From: Bugula neritina
Taxonomy: Eukaryota > Animalia > Bryozoa
Assembly: GCA_964035545.1 (NCBI GenBank)
Contig: OZ037770.1
Coordinates: 13,382,642 to 13,446,641, forward strand
DNA length: 64,000 nucleotides
Direction: 5' to 3'
Positions 51,101-64,000 of this stretch are shown here, piece by piece (within the stretch, counting starts at the first letter, position 1; the number at the start of each line of letters is the position of its first letter). The notes beneath the pieces were generated by a model. That model saw only the letters and a list, made by a program, of their open reading frames with translations. It did no database searches and was not told the origin of the DNA. The position numbers and the translations under genes are program-made.

Positions 51101-54100
51101 ATGACATCATAGATATTGAGATAATGACATCACAGCCATGTGTGAATGACATCACATCTGTGTGTGAGCAACATCATAGAGATTGAGTCAATGACATCAC
51201 AGCTATGTGAGAGTGACATCACAGATATGAATCGTATGACATCACAGCTGTGGCTACTAATGAATATGAGTCATATGACGCTTAGCAAAGCTAAGGTGAA
51301 GGTCAAACACGCCTACCTGGCAGTCTACAGCCAATCTTAGAGGTTGATCCGTACAAGACTTTACACTGATTGTCCAAATCCATTTCCTTTCCTGGGAGTT
51401 TATTAATGAAACTGTATTTCGTGGTTGATGGTCTTTTCGTCAGACAGCTGGCCTTTGTTTGCCTACCAATCACAACACAGATACTTACTATGTCCAATCA
51501 CAACACATGGATACTTTATCAAAAACTCAATCTAATCATTTATATGACTCGAAGTATGAAAAAATTGTGTGGACACTTACACTTACATACGAACATTGTG
51601 TTGACACTTACACTTACATATGAATATAGTGTTGACACTTACATTTACGTAGGAACATTGTGTTAACACTTACACTTACATATGAAGATAGTGTTGACAC
51701 TTACACTTGCATATGAACATAGCGTTGACACTTACACGGAATACCATCGCAACTGATTTATGGAGCACGAGGACCAGGAGAACTGGTTGAGAACAAACTT
51801 GGTTTGTCCCATGATGTAGTTGTCATTCCAGTTACAACTTCTGGCACCAGGAGCTCCTGTGGCGGCCGGTCCATCTCCGTCATGCTTCATACCAAGTCTG
51901 TATAAACATCAAGTAGTGCTTGATACTTACACTTGACCTATTTATTTCCAGTACTTGATACTTACACTTGACCTATTTATTTCCAGTACTTGATACATAC
52001 ACTTGACCTATTTATTTTAATTTAATGATACATACACTTGACCTATTTACTTCAAGCTCTCGCTGCATAGTCTTGACCTATTTATTTGAATTCTTTGCTA
52101 CGTACACTTGACTTGTTTATTTCCAGTACTTGATAATTGCATGTGTGAGTTTGGCTTCTACCTTTAACATTTGACCTATTTCTAAAATCCTGTTACTTAC
52201 ATGTGTCCCATCTCATGCGCTACGGTCTTCAAGCCATCATAAGCACCGTGATCCTCGGCTATTCCGGTCTTAGAGGTCTTTGAGAAACGGTAAGAATCGC
52301 AAGCAGTGCCGACGTAGGCCAGCCCAGCTGTAGCTGAAACAATAAACGATTCAAGTTACACCTACAGCATATAATACTGGCTTCATGCTGATTGGCCAGT
52401 ACTGTTAATAATAGCTTTTTTTGGCAAATCAACTTTATTATAATTTTAAACTTACTTCTTTCACAGGTCCCTGAGTCGGTTGGACTGCACAAGTCATAAC
52501 TGAAAAGTATATATATAGTTGGTTGTACTGGGGATGTAATCCAAGGCAACAGTTATAGAGATCAATTTGCTCACGGAGTGTATGCAAAGCTCAGTGACGT
52601 ACTTTATGTCGCAGACGATGTCAACTATATAGTGTTAGCAAGATGTTTAAAAAGTTCTATATTTTGCGAGAACCTAGAGTATAAAGCTCTTTTCAAGTAA
52701 CTATTAAAAAATCAATTTAATAATATATTAAATTGATTTTTACTATATTATACTATATATTATAAGGCAGTCGCCTTTTAATAAATTATATTAGGTTTAC
52801 ATACTGGGGTACGCCCCATGTAATAAGACAACTTCTCAGCGTGCCTTTTAGGGTTTACTGTGGTTGACTTACTCTGTCATTACCATCATCAGTGCATAGT
52901 CCTCACCAATGGTGGACCTCTTGCTGTATGCATACTTGGCGATATCAGAAAGGGCAGTCTTTGCATTCAATCCATCACTACCTAGTCGATTTTTCTCTAC
53001 CATACTGCATGCTGATGAGTACTAACAATATAAAAAACAAAATGCTGAATAGCAAACTAAAATGGAAAGAAAATAAATTCAACAAACTTATCTTGGCAAA
53101 TGCAGATACCAAGATATCATCACTTTTAGATGTGGTATGTAGTACAAGAAATACAATGGATACATTATTATTTTAATGCAAGCAACGCAATGATCTAAAA
53201 TGCAGTTAGTTGCAAATACAATAAGATACAATGCACTGTAATACAGCTTAATAGAATATGATGTGAATAGAGAAATGCCATAGAATGCAATAGAATACAA
53301 TGCAATACATATCAATACAATAGAATACAATGCAATACATATCAACGCAATAGAATACAATGCAATACATATCAATGCAATAGAATACAATGCAATACAT
53401 ATCAACGCAATAGAATACAATGCAATACATATCAATGCAATGAAAAACAATATGGTCTGAAATACAAATCAAAGCAGTGCATTGTGATGATATGCTATGT
53501 AGTGCAATGCATCACTACACAATGCAATGTATCACTACACAATACAATGTATTACTACACAGTGTATTTATACGCAGTGTAATGTATTACTACACAGTGT
53601 ATTACTACACAGTGTATTACTATGCAGTATATTGCTACGCAGTGTATTACTACGTAGTGTATTAATACGCAGTGTATTACTACGCAGTGTATTACTACAT
53701 AGTGCAATATACTAACACGCTGCGTAGCAATACACTGCATAGTGATACACTGCATAGTGATACACTGCGTAATAATTCACAGTGTATTACTACACAGTGT
53801 ATTACTACGCAGTGTAATGTGCACTGAGGCTGCCTTACTGTGCAGATGGTAATGCCTTGTATGCTGACAGACACCGAGGGATAGGATATTGTGCTGTAGA
53901 GCTCATTGATGGCATTGTAGAAGATCTTAATGTATCTGATGGCTTTACTCTGACTGCTGCCTAGCTTCTTGTAGAGGGAATAGTCAACCTGTATAGCAAC
54001 ATTGTGAACAATTTGTAAGTCCAGCTTTACATGTTATTAGAAATTGAAAATGCAGGCAAAGTATTGAGAGCTTTTAAATATCAACTATACTAGCATTTAA

Positions 54101-57100
54101 GTTAAAACTTTGTTCTTTTTATCTAGTGTACTTTATAATTACTTATTTTCAGATACAGTTTTGATGTCATAGCTAATATACTTGGCATTCGTAGCTCTTT
54201 TTATATGAGAACTGTTGGTAGTCTCGTATACCAACTTACTATGTTATAACTATGATGTGGCATTGTAGTGTTGTGATTCCCCGGTAGTGTAATGATTGGC
54301 ACGCTGGCTTGCAAAATGGAGGTCTGAGGTTTGATTCCCAGGAAGGGCAGGTGATTTACAAGCTGTTTCGTTCTCAGGGTTGTGAGGTACTACTCTAAGG
54401 CAGTTGAGGGGTTGGTGGAGCCCAATAACTGACAGAGTGATAAAGAGGGGGAGCCAGTGAAGTTTTGTAAAACTGTGTGGAATGGGGTGTAGGGATTCTC
54501 TACTAGCCCCCCTTTGTGTAATAGCTAGCAACCTGCATTATAAATTAGAGGTTCGATTCCCAGTGAGGAAAATTAGTTTACAGACATGTGCCGTGGAAAA
54601 CTTTATTTATACAATTTTAGAGCTACAGATCAAGCTATATAAAGAGAACTTACAACATGAACTACTTACAACAACATGAACTGGTACGTAGATCTGGTTA
54701 ACTGTTGCTCTCTTCTCCTCTTCTTTGTCAGTCACATTCTCTTCAGGCAATTCTTCTAAAGAATTGAAAAGAAATAGAATTGGTATAAAACGATTTCATA
54801 ACATAAAAATATTGTGAAACTCCACCTTTCTGCACCTAATTTTCTGTACAGTTGAAAGGTGTTTCCACTTTGCAGAACAGAGTAGCTGGTTCTACCAAAG
54901 CAGCTATTGCAACATAAGACACTATACTTCTACTTTTTGTAAATTCTCCCTTTTTTGTCTCATGCGCTCAACCGTAAAAATAATAAGTAAATGTAAATGG
55001 CAGCTTAAATGTTATATAAGTAAGATAATCTTTCCTATAGTGACTTAGTTGACAAAGTTTCTATTGCTTGTTACTAGAGGCAGATTGCACTAGCCTTAAA
55101 TTGTATATAATTGTGTAATTTTAGGCAAACTAACTTAAATAAAAATAGACACCTTAATATGTATGCACAAAAATTGCTTTCATTTGAGTTACAGGTTGAA
55201 AAAAACATCTCTAAGCAGAAGTTTTACCATAGTCATTGACGGTAGTTTCTTCTGAAGGTTGTTTCACTTTATAAATCATATGGCGAACACGTTTCTCTAA
55301 CTTCAACTGTCTTTTCTCTTCCACAACATCATCTTCACTGGGAAGGGTTATGTCTGTGATTGGCTCAATTACTAGATCTCCTCCAATCATACCAGTCTAC
55401 ACAAAATGTAAGAAAACGATGACAAATAATTTTCAGAGCACCATAGAGACATCCATAATCGAATTGGTTGAAAGGAAAATAAAGTTTAATCTATCGGCTG
55501 CAGACGACTTTCATTGTAGAAATTAATAAAAGCAGTTGGTTGAATCTACAAGTAATGTTCAATTAAATATTTTTTATAGAGCATATTATTTCTTCACTTT
55601 TTTCATTATAATGCTACTACCTACCAATAAATGTGATATGTAAAAAGTTCCTGTTGAAATTGACGTCAGCTCACACCATCTGCTGAGAGTTAAATTTTCT
55701 CACAATGATTTCCCGTTAAGAGTTAAAATGGCCACAGGTCACTAACCATGTGATTTAACATCTTGATCTCATCAGATAAGATGCAATTTGCATAAAGACA
55801 ATTATTGTTCTTTTTTTAGCACATTAATAGACTGGTTGTCTTTTTTTTAGCTACATGCGCTTACATAATTGAAAAATCGTTAAAAATAGAAAATTTTCTT
55901 CCCGAACAGCCAATTAAAACTAATCAAGTTTAGATTTTAATGATTAGTGTAGGTACCTAGACCTAAACCATTTTTTATTCTAGTGCTTCACTTTTTAGTG
56001 AGCTCTGCCAACCTCTTTCAACCATATTGCCCTATATTTTAACCACGACATCTATCTCAAGTCGACTTCTTGTGATGCAAAAATTAGTAGGCATTGGAAA
56101 GCTTGTTAACATTTCTAATACTTTTAAGATACTGTCAGTTGAAAAGCTAATAAAGGTGTTGCTAAAATGCAGACCATAAGAGTTTCTCCATCTACATCTT
56201 CTATCAACAGAGACGCTCCAGTTTTAGAATCGGAATAAAGCTGTTGAAAAGAGTTAGTCTAAAAGAAAAAGAAAAATAACTCTGTGACACACAATATTTC
56301 AATCAAACAATAATTTTATTTAAGCAACAGCTTTGAATATTTTTAAAGATTATTTGATATTGAAATTTAAAATTTGCACCTATGATATAGACTTGTAGTG
56401 TGAATAAGATAAATTAATTTAAAGAATCCACGACACACTTTGCATATGGATTCTTTAAAGATGTGAAATAGTATGTTGCTATTAGCTGACATCGAATACC
56501 TTTTAACAAGATGTGTAAAAATATGTATAGTATAATGTATATAATTTATATTGCATAAAAAATAAAAAAATATATTGAATTACAATAGTACTACTTATTT
56601 AATGTGCAAAAGAAATAAAATTTCATATTTAATATGATGATTTACAATTTGACATTAGTTAAGCCGGCTTTGGATACATACATTGTGTGTCCAATCATCA
56701 ATGGTTGGGTTGCCATTTTCATCTTTTCGGTAAACGTGGACAGGAAGTGTGTCTGGTAGGAGGTCATGTGATCGCTTCAGGTCAAGGTCAATCTCATTGC
56801 CAAATGCATTTAACTTATATTTTCTTTCTCCCTCATTTCTTTTCAGCGTAGGCACTTCTACCACTTCCACAACAGACTCATCTGAAAATTGGCGGTATCT
56901 ATTTGAGTGATCAGTATATCCACCAGAATTATTCATCTACCAGCAATCATGTGCAGTAATAATCAAATCAGTAAAACCAAAAAATCATTTGATCAAATAA
57001 TTTTTAACTATTTGTAAATTGAAGCTGAGATTCAGAAAGAAGCTATTTGATTTTAGCAAAGCATGTAAATTGAAATGAGTATTATAGCTACAACATAAAC

Positions 57101-58033
57101 CTAGACACACTTTGCCGCACCATAGGCCGTAATGTAAAGTTTTCGAATTAGTCCATTATTGAGTATGATCTATGACACCTCGTTGGACATTCATATCTAA
57201 TGAGTTAACATGAACGTCTCCCTGTTCAATAGGAGCCCAACATAACTTTTTTGAATCAATTCCCGCTTGATTTTCTAAAAATGGCTGACATTTGCTTTTA
57301 CGGCTTGCAGTGCAGCAAAGTGTGTTCAGGGGGTAAGTCAGGAATAGTACAGAAAAAAGCGGAGAAAAGGTACAGAAAAAGTACAGAAACAATACAGAAC
57401 TCACCTAAAATGACATCAGCAACAGGCGTTCCCTACAAAACACAAACAGTTAATTTGATTTAAACTTTTCTCAAAGTAATAATAAATTTTACATGTAATA
57501 AATGCACTTCGAACTTAAATTATTTTAATGATTTATACAAAATTGAAATCTTGCTGTAAAGCAACCTTTAATAATTGGTTTATGAAATAATTTCCTTCAA
57601 CTTTTCAGAGATAAAAAACGCATTCACTTCAAATAAAAAACCAGATATATTGTTTCTATGTAGTACATTCAATGTTAAAAAAGTTAAAGTTTAAGTTTTG
57701 ATGCACAGGTGATTGTTACATTAGTAGTAGTATTATTATAAATAAGTTTGATTGTGCACAGAACATGCTAGCTAGTTAAATAGTACAGAGAGAGGTGAAG
57801 CTGTATAAAAAAAACATTAGCCAGTTATAGCTGAAAGCTTTTGATAGCTTTTTTTCTAGGAGCTTGTTTAGTAACAATGCTATAATACACTACATGATTA
57901 TACTATAACAAGTGTGGCAATATTTTTACTAAACAAGAACATTTCTATAAAACAATGAAATAGTAAACTTTATTCTCACCTCAACAAATATGAGAGATGT
58001 AACCAGAATGGCTGTAAGCAAACCTCTAGCCAT
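48101..58033 (-). CDS. Secreted reprolysin (M12B)/ADAMTS-like zinc metalloprotease with prodomain and Cys-rich C-terminal modules
   Basis: Signal peptide MARGLLTAILVTSLIFVEG (ATG 58033); prodomain YKLNAFGNEIDLDLKRSHDLLP; dibasic EEKR|ATV; GLAYVGTAC; TVAHEMGH-x-LGMKHD split across the intron at about 51898-52200; Met-turn NYIM; WSSCS; LPGKEMDLDNQCKVLYG; stop at 48101. Confidence 0.9.
50688..50981. mobile_element. MITE, 294 bp, with ~57-bp perfect TIRs and TTA target duplication (PIF/Harbinger-like)
   Basis: TTA|CCCCCTATTCACACTTACCGTATCGTACGCCGTAACAGCAAATATCAGCCATTTTTA ... exact reverse complement ...AATAGGGGG|TTA. Confidence 0.92.
51570..51737 (-). repeat. 31-bp tandem repeat containing the splice donor (GT|GTAAGTGTCAAC)
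   Basis: Plus-strand gttgacacttaca recurs about six times up to the exon boundary at 51736. Confidence 0.85.
51915..52182. repeat. 37-bp minisatellite (tacttgatacttacacttgacctatttatttccag)
   Basis: About six decaying copies in the intron that splits the zinc-binding motif. Confidence 0.85.
53280..53820. repeat. Compound minisatellites (30-bp caatagaatacaatgcaatacatatcaa; 15-bp tacgcagtgtattac)
   Basis: Visible tandem units in a protease intron. Confidence 0.85.
54278..54590 (+). mobile_element. tRNA-derived SINE-like element, family B, with two tRNA-like heads
   Basis: TCCCCGGTAGTGTAATGATTGGCACG...GGTTTGATTCCC at about 54278-54340 and GTGTAATAGCTAGCA...GGTTCGATTCCC at about 54516-54561; no intact cloverleaf. 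Confidence 0.55.
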
Positions 58034-59288
58034 TTTATAAGTTGAAGGAGAAAGCCAAATGACAAGCAGGTCTAAATGCACAGCATTCAAATAACTCGCA
58101 CATTTTATTTTTACCAGACCTGTCTATAGCTATTAATTGTAGAAGAATTAGTAACTTGCAAAAAATTAAGTTTTAAAAATTTATTTTTAATAAAATTAAG
58201 TCTATTTGCATCAGGCTTCTCTAGCAACTTGATGAAGAAACAGCCATTTGCAAAAAGCTTGTTTTGTAAAATTATTTGTAGTAAAATAAATTGCTTATTA
58301 CAAAAGTTCAATTGTAAAAAAAAAGATTTGACACAAAATAGATCTGTCATCATTGTAGGCGGTTGGCATGTCTGAAGGGTGAAGAGAAAAAACACATGTT
58401 GAGACTGCTGAGATAATATTTTAGAGATAGTGAGCTTTTATATTTACAAAAGAACTGTTACTATATAAAGGTGTTGCCGTAAAAGTTAAAACGACAGGAA
58501 ACAGCCATTTTGTCTTTGTGCACGCTGCTCGGACTTTAGAGTATGCAGATATAATGTTATGTTTTCTAATGAAAACTCATTCCAAAAAATCCGGTTTATT
58601 TGATTGAAAAAATATATGGGGTTGAACAACCTACAGTTAGCAGCGCTTTCTTATGGGATGATAAATTTAAATAGCCCACAGCTTCTATTACTTGAATGAT
58701 CTCAACTTAGAGCTTTGCTTGATTTTGTGAATCAAGTTTGCAGTATTGATCTCATTGTACGCAGCATGAAAGATATTAAACAGAATAACTACTTGTGTAG
58801 CTGTTGTGAATGTGAAAAAAAACAGTAAAAGTTTTTGAGAGGAAGCAGGAAAATTGTTTTAAGTATCTATACAGGGGCACTAGTGATAATGTTGATTGAG
58901 CAGAAAAACATACAAACTCCTAAAAAAATAATTTTACAATTTAATCAATAAAAATGCCAATAGTTTAAAAATTGGTTGTCAATAAAAGAATGATAAAATA
59001 ATTCATAAATGATTAGTTTGAAAAAAACTGCTTGTTGGCAACAAAATAAGCTGAACAAATAAAATTTAGTGCTAAATTTAATTAATTTTTGCTCTAAAAT
59101 CAAATCTGCTTGTCACAGATAACTAAAATAACTTTTTCACGTCAAATAGAGTTTTAAAGACACTCAACCACAAATGAAGAAAAACTTTTTTGCATCTTAT
59201 TTATGCAGGTAAGATAATAAACAATATCCAAGTGTACCTGTTGCAAAATGAAACATAATTCGTTAAAATGTTTAGTACCACCACTTGA

Positions 59289-59828
59289 TTATTGGTATCC
59301 ATACACTTCAACTTCTCTCAGGCAACACCATCCATTGTCATCATCTCTGTGAACTTTTACATATTTGACAAGACCAGAAGTGGTACCGTCTACAGTAACT
59401 GGGTTAGAGGTTGCTGATGCATCTCCAGTGTTACCAAAATAGTTGTCAAGGTCACTTGTCAATGCACCATATGTCACGGGCAATTTGTTTATCTGGTTTG
59501 CTAACCAAAAATAGGAAAACGAAATATGAAGAAATAGCTGCATATAAACATATGCTAAACCAGATATTATTTAATGTAGTAATATTGCTACAGGCCTCAA
59601 ACTGTTTTACTATGAAATTAAGCATTTCCAGTGTAGGTTTATAGGTTTAAATAAAACTTGTTACTTGAACTGCGTCCTTGAAACACATCGGCTCTAAATA
59701 TCTTACCCAAATAATAGTAATGAAGCATCAATGTAAAAGTTGTTACCATAATCATGATTGCCCTCTATTATAACCTGTGTCACACTGCTGACTGTGCTTT
59801 GCAGTTGGATCACAACGTATGCATTTAC
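59289..59828 (-). CDS. Duplicated last two exons of the F5/8C/F-lectin-fold gene (alternative 3' end or partial paralog)
   Basis: Exons 59747-59828 (VNAYVVIQLQSTVSSVTQVIIEGNHDY) and 59289-59500 (ANQINKLPVTYG...WCCLREVEVYGYQ*); frames and splice sites intact. Confidence 0.65.
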
Positions 59829-59849
59829 CTAGAACAAAATATTAAACAT

Positions 59850-60353
<504 letters not shown>

Positions 60354-61830
60354 GTGTGTCATACAATTTTAGATCTATAATTATTTTCTGTTACAGCAAA
60401 TTGTTTTTGAGCAAGCAAAGCAAGTTATTCCAACATTGACTGAAATGATGGATTAAAATGAAAGTTAATTGCTCTAATACTTGCTCATAACAATTACTCT
60501 AGTTTAGCTTTAACTATACTGCCTGTTTTGTGACTATTTATAGGTTGATATATTTAATTTTAGAACATGAAATGTATTGCTATATATTTTATACGGAAGC
60601 ACTCTTGCCTCTAAAAATCTGACAAGTAAAATGAGAGAAGACAAATTTCATAGTGAAAAACAAAAAGCAACAACTGTGCTTGGCTATAACACTATAACAC
60701 TATAATTTAGTGGGAGTCCCCAGCATTCCCTTTAAATGTGTTTTCAAGTCATAAGTTAGTTGCACTTGTCGTTTTAAAACCCTAAATTTGCTTGCAGCCC
60801 TGTACAGAAAATAAAATTGTTTAAGTAGTAACATAACATTTACACACTTTTGTCCTAATTACTTGTAACATAAAAGAAATGTAAATTCGTAATTTAATTC
60901 AATCTTTTCAGCCAAGCATTTCTCAAACTGACAAAAGGTTTTGAGTTTTGACTATTCACTTCAGATCTCCTTTCTACTTCAATCAGCTTAAATTAGCTCG
61001 AGCAAAGTAGGAGTTAAAAATAACAATATAGGCAACTAATTAAAAAAATGCCTAGCATGTTAGATGACAACTTCTTAACAGTATATACGATCATCTTCTA
61101 CGCAAAACTGAATACCTAAAACGCCTTATAGCTAGTTCAGAAATGCCCGTGACATCTTTTGCATATATAAGCCATTTATTATAATAAAAGTCATGAGAAA
61201 GCTGAAAAAACTGCTTTTTTGTCATATAAATAAAAAGTTGCACAAGAAAAATAAAAAGAAAATAAGAAAGTGAGGTTAGAATTGCACTCGTGATTTAGAT
61301 AAGTCAAAGAGTTCAAAATTCAATAGCAGACATACATAACAGTTTGAGAATGCAGAGATGAAAATAAATCATTACATAATAAAAAATCTAAGAAATGTAA
61401 GTAACATGGTGTTATTTTGATAAAAAGAACGTTGTTAATTATTCTTTATACTTTTATAGTTTTATATTCATTAGTTCTTTATCAAAAGTAAAATACATCT
61501 ATAAAAAGCAGTTGGTATTTTTAGGAACAATTATTATTTAATAATTGTATAAAACTGGCAGCAAAGCTAAGATAACAACAAAAGAAACATTTGCGAATTG
61601 CACAAACATTTATTGATTTTATTAACTTTAATTTTGGTTTAGAGTGTAATCCAGTTGTTATTGACGACTGAAAAAACTTTTTTGTTCAAATAGATCTTTG
61701 AAAGCGTTCAACCACAAAGGAAATAAAATTAGTTTGCATCTTTATGCAGTTTAGAAGTGCTAAATATTACCAAAGCGCATCTGTAGCAAAAAGAAAACAA
61801 TTTATTAAAATGTTCAGTACCACCACTTGA

Positions 61831-63776
<1,946 letters not shown>

Positions 63777-64000
63777 CTAACCAAAAATAGGAAGACAAAA
63801 TATGAAAACTATAAAAAAGATATACAAATTCTAAACAGGATTTTATTAAATATAGTAATATTGCTACAGGCCTCAAACTATTTTGCTGTGAGACAAAACA
63901 TTTTAATTGTAGGTTTAAAAGTTTATTTTCAATTTAGTAAAAGGTTTTACTTTAGCCTCGCTCTTGAAATACATCTGCCAAAAATATTTTACCCAAACAA

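Noticed and set aside
54278-54350. Functional tRNA gene
   Set aside because: Acceptor and anticodon stems do not pair properly; better explained as a SINE head.
56882-56936. ATG at 56936 as the protease start
   Set aside because: Upstream signal-peptide exons splice in phase to the acceptor at 56882|56881, so this stretch is intronic.

Overview
AT-rich, intron-containing eukaryotic DNA with GT-AG introns, microsatellites, MITEs and SINE-like repeats. The gene content suggests an invertebrate animal (inference); nothing here is prokaryotic. Gene models were assembled by hand from exon frames and splice-site phases. In order: (1) the 3' part of an unknown protein with a Q/S/Y/P-rich octapeptide-repeat domain (+); (2) a two-exon type I membrane mucin-like protein (+); (3) a myo-inositol 2-dehydrogenase-like Gfo/Idh/MocA oxidoreductase (-); (4) a PX-PH phospholipase D with a very long loop insertion (+); (5) FARSB (-); (6) NIP7 (+), head-to-head with FARSB and carrying a nested antisense two-TM ORF in intron 2; (7) a secreted M12B/ADAMTS-like metalloprotease (-); (8) the 3' end of a tandem F5/8C/F-lectin-fold gene (-) whose last two exons are duplicated downstream. 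The most unusual recurring pattern is that several intronic minisatellites in four different genes are built from the splice junction itself, giving arrays of 5-9 repeated donor, acceptor or AG|GT sites. Whether this is functional or neutral slippage cannot be decided from sequence alone. Exon coordinates are hand-counted and may be off by a few bases.
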